Below are positions 11,501 to 23,200 of a stretch of DNA of 64,000 bases, piece after piece. The translations under genes were made by a program, and so were the position numbers. The stretch is taken from assembly GCA_016748015.1 (NCBI GenBank), contig JAAOMT010000617.1:442635-506634 (forward strand), in the 5' to 3' direction. Under the pieces are notes generated by a model, which made no database searches, was not told the origin of the DNA, and saw nothing but the letters and a program-made list of their open reading frames with translations. Numbering within the stretch: position 1 is the stretch's first letter; every line of letters begins with the position of its first letter. The stretch is from Geosiphon pyriformis uo1 (Eukaryota > Fungi > Glomeromycota).

Positions 11501-13586
11501 GCTCCTTGAAAAGATCAGGAAGTGCAATATATTGTTTTGGGTTTGAATCTGAGTACAAATCATTGTTATTAGTGTTGTCATTTTGGACTGAGCTGGAACC
11601 ATTGTTTTTGTTATTGTCATCAGAGTTTGAATTGGAATTGGATTTCAATTCTGATTCCGATTTATAGTTGTTGATTGGTTCTTCTTCTTCTAAGATTGTG
11701 TAGATTATATGTAATAATAAATTGTAAATAAGATCACATTTATCACAATATTGGAAGTTACATAGAATTAAACAGTATTAACAAAGTTGAACATTTAACT
11801 GTTTTAACTGCTGTTCTTATTTTGTTTTGATTAGTGCTAAATTCTAGTAGTGCTCATAAAATTTTTCTGGGCTAGCTTTAATATTAAGAAATGCATCTGA
11901 ATTGGGAATAAGAATAATGTTAACTTGTTTTAATGGGTTGTTCTTTATTTCTAAAATCTCACTGAATGAAGTGCCTTTGACTTTGGTTTTTGCCATTTTT
12001 TAAATCTTATTTTCATTATGTGGGTAACCATTTAAGCATGACAAAGCTTGGTTTCATGTAGTATTGAAAGGTGTTTCACAACTTATCTAGTTGTTTATAA
12101 GAATTGTGTATTGGCATAATGTATTACACATTCCTCCTCATCCAGGAATGTCATTCCACATTTCTTTGTTAAGTAACTGTTCTTCACAAGTGAGACATAG
12201 TTTGTTGTTCCACTTGTCTTATTGTTTTGGATAGTTATAACATTTTTTATGACACAGCTTACAGTAATAATGGGTTTTAGTCCAATAATCTTTGTCAGAT
12301 GCAACTCAAGCTTTCATAGAGAATAGTTTTTTTTTGCAGTTTTTGCACTTAAATAGAATATATAATGGCTTTGGTCTGGTGTCAATCAAATAGGATTTTT
12401 CCCAATCACTGGTGGTTTCACTGGTAATAATATTTTTTTGTGGCTCATCTTCTTTTTTCTCTTTTTCCTTATTGTTTCAAGAGAGGATTAATGGTAATTC
12501 ATTGTGGTTGGTGTCAGTCCATAAGACTTAATAGGCTTCTCAAGTAGGTTTTTTTTCTTTTTTTTCAAATTCTATAAGTAGTTGTGTGACAGTTGGTTTG
12601 AAGTGACAGATAGCTGGTATTTGGGTGTGTTGATCATTTTGGCTGAGTTGCAATTCTTGGGTGGTCTAGTCAAGTATGACATTGGTCTTAAACAGCTAGT
12701 CATTATCAACTAGAGCTTGGTATTAGGTGGCTTCCATGATGAGGACTTTTATAAACATAATAATGCCATTAACTTCAAATGGAAAGCCATCAATCTCACC
12801 AATGAGCATTTTTGTTGCTCTATTAGTGGTGATAATTTTAGTGCTAGCAGCATGATCAATTCAGTAACCTAATTGGTTCATGAGTTGTTGTGTGATTATG
12901 CTGCTGGCTAATCTACTGTTCAGGATTAGTTTGATAAACTGACTATTAACCTTGACATCTGTATACATTGCAATAATTGGTTTGGCATTAAAAGTGGCTT
13001 CACTAAATAGAGGTGTTGTTGCTGGTTTTTTGAGTTCAAAAAAAAAATAGTGGCCAATAATTTTTTGTTGGTGAGTGATTTTTTGTTGGTTTCCAAGTTA
13101 TTGAGTGAAATGTCTACTGGGATAACTAGAAGACTTAAATAGTTCTGGGAATTCAGGTTTTGAACATACCCAGTTTTCAAACTTCAATGGTGAGATCCTG
13201 ATAATTGACTTGAGAAACTGAAAATCAATTGATGTATTATCATTGCCAATTTCCAGTTTTGTTAAGTGTGTATGATTCTTAGCCTTTGATTTCTGGATGA
13301 TATTTGAGCTGAGTTTGGTGGCAGTATTTAAATTAATTGTGGTTGATAGATTATTTGTGACTGCAGCTAATATATTATAAATGCTAAAGTTTGATATATT
13401 GGAAGTGAGTATATTGGTTGCTGTATCATTTGTGAGTAATAAGATTGATATTGATCTTAATTTGGAGAATAGGTTAAAGTTTGAAACTGGCAATTGGGGT
13501 TTCAATATTAATTTTCTGATCATAAGTTACCATTATAACAGCAGTCAATTCTGATGTAATCTTATTTACTACAATTGTGGCAGATA

Positions 13587-13606
13587 NNNNNNNNNNNNNN
13601 NNNNNN
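13587..13606. other. 20-N assembly gap flanked by an apparently identical 398-bp duplication (13189-13586 = 13607-14004)
   Basis: Identity across a fixed-size gap while all other repeats are diverged; probable overlap artefact. Confidence 0.9.
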
Positions 13607-14323
13607 GGTGAGATCCTGATAATTGACTTGAGAAACTGAAAATCAATTGATGTATTATCATTGCCAATTTCCAGTTTTGTTAAGTGTGTATGATTCTTAG
13701 CCTTTGATTTCTGGATGATATTTGAGCTGAGTTTGGTGGCAGTATTTAAATTAATTGTGGTTGATAGATTATTTGTGACTGCAGCTAATATATTATAAAT
13801 GCTAAAGTTTGATATATTGGAAGTGAGTATATTGGTTGCTGTATCATTTGTGAGTAATAAGATTGATATTGATCTTAATTTGGAGAATAGGTTAAAGTTT
13901 GAAACTGGCAATTGGGGTTTCAATATTAATTTTCTGATCATAAGTTACCATTATAACAGCAGTCAATTCTGATGTAATCTTATTTACTACAATTGTGGCA
14001 GATACATGTTTCTGGCTGCCACAATTGATTGGTTGACAATAAAAGACATGACTGATTTTGGAAATAATTTGAGTTTTCTTGATTATTTTATTGTTGTAGA
14101 GGTTAATAAATGGCTTAATTGTTAACTAAGTATCCTTCCAATTTCTGGTTGATTGAATCACTGAATTGTTTCAATTTGGAATCCAATTTAGATAATTTAT
14201 TCATTACTAGATTTATAGCTTGGACATAGTTGGCTTTAAGTTCAGCTGATTCAAAGTCTTTGGTGTATGTAATGGCAGTTTGAAGATTGTCTGAATGTAA
14301 TAGACATATGTATTGTTGAATGC

Positions 14324-14980
14324 TGTTACTCATAAAAAAAAAACAGATATAGAAAATAGCAGACCAATGAGAGAATAGTATTTAGCACATGAGCACATTG
14401 CTCAGCAATGTGGAGCAATGTCAGAAAACATGGTACATTGCTCAGCAATATGGAGCAATATCAAAAAACATGGCACATTTCTCAGCAATATGGAGTGATG
14501 TTAGAAAATTAGAGCACATCACTCAGCAATATGAGCATTGCTTAAGAAATCATAGCACATTGCTCATAAATGTGAACAATCTCATAGAACATCAATTATG
14601 TATATATAATGGTAGTGTTAAAAGTAAAAAAAGCAGAATCTTTTAGTTAGAAATCTCCCATTTACAAATATTGAGTAAATAAATTATTTACCATCCAAAT
14701 CCACTCTTTACTATCAACACTCCATGTTAATAGTAATTGATACTTAACCACACTGGAACAATAGCTCTTGATTATGGCTATTAATGGATACTAACTTGCA
14801 TATTGCCTTGGCTCATTTCTTTATGTCATTTCTTTTATTTTCTTGTCTTAATTGTTGTTATTACTAACTCTATTGAGGATTAATGGACAGGGTACTGATG
14901 TCAGGATATAGCACTGGTAAAAAACCCAGAAATAAAGATAGAACACTTGATTAAGGTTAGTTTACCAGGAGAAACACCAG
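14324..14980 (+). repeat. Family B solo LTR, 5' part (3' part at 33517-33729)
   Basis: Starts TGTTACTCAT with no PPT before it. Flanks ATGC (14320-14323) and ATAT (33730-33733) look like a decayed 4-bp TSD. Confidence 0.9.
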
Positions 14981-15846
14981 TGTTACAGGTAATTTTTTAG
15001 TTGTTGGAATAAATAACAAACCCATAACTTGGTGTTCAAAGCTGTTGTCAATAATAGAAATCTGAAGATGTATTTATCTGAAGGTTTTGGTTGAGTCCTT
15101 TGTATAATGGACAGAGATTCAGTGGTAATAGTTTTTATCTATAGCTTTCCAAAACCACAGTTTTGTCAATTTCTTTCTTAGCATAATGGCTGGTGTTTCT
15201 CCTGGTAAGCTAACCTCAATTGAGTGTCTTACTCTTATTTCTGGGTTTTTTACCAGTGCTATATCCTGACATCAGTACCTCACATGTTAATCCTCAATAG
15301 AGTTAATAATAACAACAATTAAGACAAGAAAATAAAAGAAATGACATAAAGAAATGAGCCAAGGCAATATGCAAGTTAGTATCTATCAATAGCTGTGATC
15401 AAGAGCTATTGTTCCAGTGTAATTAAGTATCAATTGCTATCAACATGGAGTGTTAATAGTGAAGAGTGGATTTGGATGGTAAATAATTTATTTATTCAAT
15501 ATTTGTGAATGGGAGATTTCTAACTAAAGGATTCTTTTTTTTCTACTTTTAATGCTACCACTATATATACATAATTGATGTTCTATGAGATTGCTCACAT
15601 TTTCGAGTGATGTGCTATGATTTCTTAAGCAATACTCACATTGCTGAGTAATGTGCTCTAATTTTCTAACATCACTCTATATTGCTGAGCAATGTGCCAT
15701 GTTTTTTGATATTGCTCCACATTGCTGAGCAATGTGCCATGTTTTCTGACATTGCTCTACATTGCTGAGTAATGTGTTCACATGCTAAATACTATTCTCT
15801 TATTGGTCTCCTATTTTCTATATTTGTTTTCTTTTTATGAGATACA
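14981..15846 (-). repeat. B4 3' LTR (866 bp)
   Basis: Direct repeat with 32751-33516; adjacent PPT. Confidence 0.94.
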
Positions 15847-15859
15847 TTATCTCCTTCTT

Positions 15860-16495
15860 TTAATATTGAGCTCTGTCAAAATCTTCATTTTGAATTAATT
15901 CTAATACTTCTTTTTTAAGTATTGTTTGTTTGACTCTGTTTTTCATGTTTTCTACTTGTGTATTGTTTATTCTTCTTCATTGGTTAATGGTTATGGTTTT
16001 CATGTCAGAGTGTAATAGTATATTTGGATAGTTTTGAAATATGTTGTGTAGTTGGTACATTGTTTTAACATGTAGTGTTGAATTAGTTTTCTTTCTGATA
16101 AATTTTTCAATTTGTTGTATTATGTTTTGGTTAAATATTCTCTTGGATTTGTCAATATACAACTTCTAAATATTCAACTTTCGACCTAACTGATAGTAGC
16201 AATATGATATTGGAAGTCGTTCTGTCTATTGCTTTCAATTTTCTTTTGTAAGCTCTTCTGTTGGTGCCATAATAAGTATTTTCCCAAAAGTGTTTTTTAC
16301 TTTTTCTATTAAGTTATCTGTCCAGTTTTTATTATTTTTTGGTGGCTGCTGATATGGTGTATTCTTTGTCTTTTTTTTTGTGTTTTGATAGCAAATTATT
16401 TGGTTGTTAATAACAATTTCCATGTTTAACTGTTGTTGACTTAGTGCTTGTGACAGTTGTTAAACTATGGTGTAAATGTGATCTGGTATTTCCAT
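15860..16495 (-). pseudogene. ORF3 of family B
   Basis: 636 nt; contains ORF-track 15977-16162 and 16235-16423 in one frame. Confidence 0.85.
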
Positions 16496-16550
16496 TTTTC
16501 TTGGTTGCTTTTGTCACGTGTATTGTGTCTTTATATCCTCTTTTGGTTGT

Positions 16551-17934
16551 TCAATTTGATGTGTTTGGTTCAATAACTATGATTGGTTCCAGATCTTGTG
16601 GAATCTTATCTGGTTGAACTATTATCTTTTATACTCTCAACTGTGGAATGGTATTGGTAGATGATGATGCTATTTGGTAATATGGTTTTAGTCAATTATT
16701 ATGTGCTGCTTTGGCTAAAATTTTGTTGTCTCATCTTAATTTATAAGCTGTATTTCCTAGAATTTTTTCTATGTGAAATGGTCCATCCCATTTGGGGTCA
16801 AATTTTCCATTCTATTGTTTTTCCGCTTTGGTATAATGTAAAAGTACTTTGTCTCCAATCTTGAATTTAACTGGTTTGTCTGGTAGTTGATTATCATGTC
16901 TTTTTTTTTGTTTTTCTTGTAACTTTTGGATGTTATCAGCTGCTTTCTGTCATCTGTTTTCTAGTGTTTCCATTAAGTCATATATTTTTTTCAACAATGT
17001 TTCTTGGAAATTATCTTCTGTTATTGGTTCAGCTAGATATGTATTAATCTCTATCTCAACTAGTAATGTTGCTGTTCTACTATATACCAATTCAAATGGT
17101 GTTGTTTGTGTGGTATCTTGCTTCATTGTCCGATAAGCAAATAATACTGATGGTATAAACAAATCCTATTTGTCCTGATTTTCTTGGCTGATTTTGGCAA
17201 TTGCTTCACATAGTGTTCTATTAAATCTTTTAACTAAGCCATTCATTTGTGGATGGTATGGTAATAATAATGGTCTTTTTTATTTCAAATCTCTGGCTTA
17301 ATTCTGCTAATGTTCTGTTTACAAAGTGAGTTTTCTGATCTAATAATAGTTCTTTTGGACATTTATATTGACAAATCAAATCTTAATGAATGAATTCAGC
17401 AATGGATTCTGCATCTGCTCTTTGAATGACTTTTGCTTCTGGCCATTTTGTGAGATAGTCCATGACTACTACAATATATCTGTTGCCTTTGCTGGTGATT
17501 GTTAATGGTCCAACTAAGTCAATTCTGATATAGTTGAATGGTTGTCCCACTTTGATTGGTCTTAATGGTTCACTGGGTTTTGTTCCACCTTTTCTCTGAC
17601 AAGCATTACAATTCTGAACATATTGAATAATATTCGGATATATTAATGACCAATAGTATCTTTTTCTGGTTCTTTCCATGGTTGCTTTTTTATGAAAATA
17701 TCCTGCTGTTAGATCTGAATGCATATTGAATAATATTGTCTCTTTCTCTGGTTTTGTGACAACTCTTATTGATTGATCTGGATTTTTTCTGTTTTTCTGG
17801 TAAAGTATATTTTTATAATTGATAAAATGTTTTAATTGTTATTTGATATTATTTCACTCATTTTGAGATAATTTCTCCTTGAACTGTTGAGTATTTATAT
17901 AATATTGTAATTGTTGATATTTTTGTATGTTCAT
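16551..17934 (-). pseudogene. Decayed integrase ORF of B4
   Basis: ATG at 17934 (MNIQKYQQLQ); CNAC, IDLVGP, TKWPEA motifs. Confidence 0.92.
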
Positions 17935-17995
17935 CTTTTGTTATATTTTCATTGGGTTTGTTTTGGTTTTGTTATATTTTTATGTTGAGATGTTT

Positions 17996-19128
17996 TTAGA
18001 TTTGTCTTATTTACAACAAACTATCGACATTTCTGTTGTCTTTTCTCTTTTTATAATGTATAGTGTAAGTATATGATAATAGTGCCATTTTTCATCTTGA
18101 TTGTCTTCCATCTCCAAATTCTTGTTTATAAAGTGCTGTTAATCCTTTGTGGTTTGTGTATACATCAAACTTCTGGCTCAAGTATTTATTCCATTTTATG
18201 ACTGCCCAATAAATTGCCAAATGTTCTAATTCTGGTGTTTCATAATTTCTTTTAACTGGAGTTAAACCTTGGCTGGCATATGTAATTGGATGTTCTTTTC
18301 CATCCAGTCCTCTCTGTGATAGTACTGCTCCTAATGCTTGGCCTGATGCATCAGTGATAATGATAAATAGTTTATTGTAATCTGAATAGATTAGTACTGG
18401 AGCTTGTATAAGCTTTCTTCTTAAAATATCAAAAGCTTTTTGTTGTGTTTCTGTCCATTTATATTTCACATTTTTGGTTTGGAGATGATTGAAAGATTGG
18501 GCTATCTTGAAAAAGTTTTTGATAAAGTGTCAATAATAGTCTGTGAATCTCAAAAATGATTTTAACTCCATCATATTGGTTAGTACTGGAAAGTTCTTAA
18601 CTATCTTTATCTTTTCTGGATTTGTTTTGATGTTGTCTTTGCTTACTATGTGCTCTAAAAAATTTAATTCTGTCTTGCCAAAGAAGCACTTATTGGCATT
18701 TAACTTTAGTCCTGCTTGTTATAGCTTTTTGAACACTTGTTGTAGATAATGCAAATGATCATCAAATGTTTTGGAGAACATATTAGTGTTATCTAAATAA
18801 ACAACTACTGATTTCTACAACAAGCTGGTATATACTATTTCCATTAGCCGTTGGAATATGGCTGGCACATTTGTTAAGCTGAATAACATCACTTTAAATT
18901 CAAAATTTCCCTTCCGTGTTGTAAATGCAGTCTTTTTTTTGTCCACTAGATCTATGGCTACTTGCCAATAACCACTATCTAAATCCAATGTTGAGAACTA
19001 TTTGTTTCCCCCAAAAGCATCGAATAATTCCTAAATCCATGAAGTTGGATAGCTGTTTCTATGTGTGACTCCATTAAGCTTCCTGTAGTTCACGCAAAAG
19101 TGGATTTTCCTATTCTTTTTCTGGATGA
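17996..19128 (-). pseudogene. pol: RT and RNase H of B4 (RT N-terminal part continues at 26705-26885 and from 27732)
   Basis: ORF 18092-18469 has TDASGQALGAVL and VYTNHK; ends IRQI-stop. Confidence 0.93.
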
Positions 19129-20087
19129 TGTTACCAGAGGTTTTTGGTCTCTTTTCTTTAATGTTGTTGATGGCTGTTTGCTGTGAATTCACATTTTCTG
19201 GATGTGGTTGAACCTCCAGTAACTGAATTTATCTTCAAATTATCTCCTATAATTTGAACTGCTGGGCTTATAAATGGAATGGCCAATTCCATGCCAGTTA
19301 CTTTATGTAGTTATGTTGTAGTAAATGTCAACTCTTTTCCAGGAATTGCTCGTCTGGAAGCTCACTAAAATGTATAGTTACTTTGCTGTGAAAGTCAACT
19401 CTTCTACAGGAATCTTGTCTGTAGACTATCCTAATAATTGTAATAAGAAAAGAAAAGAAAAATAAAAGAAATGTAAAAGAAATAGAATTTTGTCAAGGGA
19501 AATGTTTTCTATCCAGGCCTGGAGTCACTAACAATTTATTGAAATTGGTAGCTAATCAATTTCAAAACGTTAGTTGGGTTTTGGGGATTTTCCAAGTGTA
19601 ATAATTAAAGAATTTGGTTTTTCGAATTATTTGATATTTATTTCTTTTGTGTATGTAGGAATGATTCTAAGTGATAAATCTAAAGTAAGATACATTTCCT
19701 CAAAGAGAAAAGCTCTTCTTTTATACAACTTGTCATAACACTATTCTATGAACTTGAACTTTGCTATTTTCTATAATTTTGCTGAATTAAAGATACATTT
19801 CAGTGAACTACAAGTTATTTCTGCAAACTATTAGATATTTCGGCAAATTTCTTACAAATTTTGGTGAACTTTTTGAATGTCACATAGTTCGGGATATTGC
19901 ATGATTGATCATCACAATTAGGTTACATTTGTGTTGTGTACAAATTGGGTTATTAATTAAATGATAATTTCAGATATTTTACTAATGTAATAAGTGATAA
20001 TTTGAAATGATAATATATGCTAATTAATGATAAGATTTATAAAAATAATTTCATGTTAAACAATGTCTTTAATTTTATCTGGTAACA
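19129..20087 (-). repeat. A2 3' LTR
   Basis: TGTTACCAG...CTGGTAACA termini. Confidence 0.95.
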
Positions 20088-20293
20088 TAACTTCTTCCTC
20101 AAGACTGAGCTCTGTCGAAGTCCAAGTATTGTCTGTAATTTCCAGATAGTAATTCAAAATTATTGAAGAAATTTGGTCTGAAAATTGTTGAAATTTCAGT
20201 TTTGTGAGCTTTCCAATGTATTGAATCTTTAAAGGCTGAAAAATTGGGTTTTGTAGAACGTTTTCACAGGTGTGGAATAGGTCATAAAGTTTA
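20056..20293 (-). pseudogene. C-terminal part of family A ORF3, fused in frame to truncated RNase H
   Basis: KLYDLFHTCENVL...IGKL aligns without gaps to B ORF3 QLHNIFQNYPEIL...WGRM. Confidence 0.7.
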
Positions 20294-23200
20294 AGGGCCC
20301 AAATTACAGCTGCTGTTTCCAATTCAGTGGCAGGATAATTTTTCTCAGCTGTTTTTAATGTTTTGCTAGCATAGGCAATTACTCGCTCATTTCTATTGTC
20401 ATCCAATTGTGATAGAATAGCACCGAAGACAGTATAAGAGGCATCTGTTGCTAATTGGAATTGGTTGCTAAAATCTGGGTAGGCAAGAATTGGAGCTGTT
20501 GTTAGTTTTTCTTTGAGGATTTCAAATGCATTTTGGCATTTAGCAGTCTATTCGTATTTGATATTTTTGGTGGTAAGCTGGTTGAGAGGTTTTGCGATTT
20601 CTGAGAATCTTTTGATAAACTTCCGATAATAGGAGGCTAACCCTATGAATCTTTTTAGTTCTGTAGTGTTTTGAGGAGTTTTGAAGTTTTTGACAGTGCT
20701 GATTTTTCCAGGGTCTGGTTTGATTCCATCTTTACTAACAATATAACCAAGGAAGGCCAAGCTTGTTTTTCCAAAGTAGCATTTTTTGATGTTGAGTTTT
20801 AGTCCTGCTTTTCGTAATCATTGAAAAACTTCTTGCAGGTGTTTTAAGTGTAATTTGAATGATGGAGAATAAACATCAGTATCGTCAAGATAAACAACTA
20901 CTGACTTCCGAAGGAGTCCTTGGTACACAACATCCATTAATCTCTAAAATGTTGCTGGTGCATTGCATAATCCAAAAGGCATTACATTGAATTCATAATT
21001 TCTGCCTTGGGTGGTGAATGCTGTTTTGGGGTGATCTTTGGAATCCATAGCAACTTGCCAGTAACTGCTTTTTAAATCTAGCATTGAAAAGTATTTGGAT
21101 TTTCCAAGGGCATCTAACATGTCATTAATTTGGGGAAGGGGGTAGGCATTTCCAATTGTAATACTGTTGAGTTGTCGATAGTTAACACAAAATCGTATCT
21201 TTCCATTTTTCTTTTTAACTAGCATTACAGGTGAAGCCCAAGAACTCATGGAGGGTTGGATGAGCCCGTTGTTAAGCATTTGTTGTATTTTTTCTTGAAT
21301 AAATTGGTGGCTTTTTGGAGCAAATCGGTAGACTTGTTGTTGCCTTGGTTTAGCATCTCCTGTGTAGATTTGATGTTAAACCAAATTGGTTCTTCCTAAG
21401 TCATTGTTGTTTTTGGCAAAGATATCAGCAAATTCTGCAATTAGTTCTTTGAACTGATTTTGTTGTTGTGATTCAAGTTGTCCCATGTTGATTCGAGATA
21501 GTTTTTTTATGACAACATGGTAGTTTTCAGAGCTGGGGTTTGGGTTAATTTTTGATAGTGAATGTCCAATAATTTCAGAAAAATTGGGGACTGTTTGGGG
21601 TAATTCTTGTTGAAATATATTACTGTAAATAACTCCAATTTCTAAATTATTTAATAAAACTATGGTGTAATTATTGGAGTTGTAAAAAGTAACTCGGACT
21701 TTCTTTGTTCCTTCTGGAATATAAATGTTTGGGATCAAAATATTATGTTCCAAGCAGACTTGTTCATTGGACTCAAAAATTTGTTGTGTGATTATTGGCT
21801 TTGGGCAGGTGTAGATTTCCAGATGTTTTCCAAAGGGTGAAATGGTAATTGGTTGTGGAAGTCTAAGAATCTGGTGGGATTTGTTCTGTGTGTTAAAAGC
21901 TATATTAACTGGAACTGTGAATCATCCAGTTGAACCAAAACCTTGGGTTCCTCTATTGTTTTTTCCTAATTGTTCTCTTTGATTGACTAGTTGCAAACCT
22001 GAAATGTTGATTAGAGGTAGGTAAATAGCTTGGGCAATTTTTTCAGCATGTTCGATCTTGAATGGTTTGTCAGTTTCATTTTGAAGCATCACTATTATGT
22101 CTCCAGTATATCCAGCATCAATTATTCCTCCTCTAACATTAATTCCTTTGCTTGCCAGAGAGGACCGGGAGGCAATTTGAACCATTGCTCCTGGTGGAAT
22201 TTCGAGTGCAATTTTGAGGTTGATTTTTGTGAGAGATTTGGGTTTGAAAACAAGAGTATTCTTGTCTGGATATCTTAGATTATATCCAGCATTAATTTCA
22301 TGTGCTTTTTCAGGTTTTATTCCTTGTCCATTGTTGTTGAAGTATTTAAGTTGTAAGGCAGGCTGATTTTCAATAAGATAGATGGGCATTGTTTTAATTT
22401 TTTCCATTGCTTTAGGTTCTCCAAATTCAATTTCGTTCTCATCACTTTTGCTGGGCAGGGGGATGCTAAGAGCATAGCATTCAGAACACCACTGTTCATC
22501 ACAAGGCATAATGTATTCTTCACATAGCCTAATGTTTATTTGCTCTAATCATTGAATTTGAGCTTCTTGGGTTGGATAGATGTGACTTGTAATTTGGTGG
22601 TAGACTTCTACTTCATCTTCATAATTGAATCCAGCTAATTCCATGGTGTATTCAATGTATTCTGCTTCCTTCATTTGATGGATATCTTCTTTGGTAGCTC
22701 CATTAATTAATGTCATTGCTAGGTCAAAAATCATCTCAGCATCATGGAGGTAGTGATAAAGTTTGTTGAAAGCACTGTTGTATGCTGCATTAAAAGGTGT
22801 TCCTCTTTTTACTTTTTCTGAAATTGATAAACCATATTGGCAGGTCTGATTGCAGACTTCTTCTTTCATGGCTACATCAATCTAATTGCATTCTTCCAGT
22901 AGCATATCTCCACAAGTCAAACAAGGAGTGTTATCCTATTTTCTGCTTCTTTTTATTAGATGGCCCTATCATTCTCTGTGGCAAGCCTTGCAGTAATAAC
23001 AAGTATGATTTTCATATTCTTCTTCAGGTGAAATGCAGGCTCCCATTGACGATAGTTTCTTGTGGCAGTCCTTACATTTAAGGGGAATGTAGGGGCGTTT
23101 TTTTCTTGGTTCTGGCTTTGAGTATGGGATATTCCATCCAGGGGTTTTGGGTTCAGAGTGTGGTGTAAAATGTTCTTGTTCAGTTTCATCAGCCCAATTG

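Larger units (their letters stand above)
7606..14323 (-). mobile_element. Ty3/Gypsy family B copy B3, central part (ORF3 5' part, IN, RH, RT, dUTPase, PR, gag C-terminus); 5' part resumes at 33730
   Basis: Reverse-strand homology to B2 and B4. The gag sequence joins across 14323|33734 after removing the nested inserts. Confidence 0.92.
9243..14323 (-). pseudogene. pol: Decayed Gag-PR-Cys-rich-dUTPase-RT-RNaseH polyprotein of B3
   Basis: LILNSRLA protease site (~12910-12930), dUTPase ORF 11142-11648, RT ORF 9937-10131, decayed zinc knuckle (~13960-14000). Confidence 0.9.

Noticed and set aside
13189-14004. 398-bp tandem duplication in B3 gag
   Set aside because: Apparently identical copies on either side of a 20-N gap in otherwise heavily mutated DNA; scaffolding artefact.
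14388-14570. CRISPR-like array
   Set aside because: Palindromic repeats lack unique spacers, sit inside LTRs, and there are no cas genes.
19260-19430. Self-cleaving ribozyme in LTR A
   Set aside because: Could not fit hammerhead, hairpin, twister or pistol cores by eye; kept only as a structured element.
20285-20300. A2 deletion as a reverse-transcribed spliced RNA
   Set aside because: The intact copy continues ...GCCCT-ACACCAC at the breakpoint, with no GT donor.
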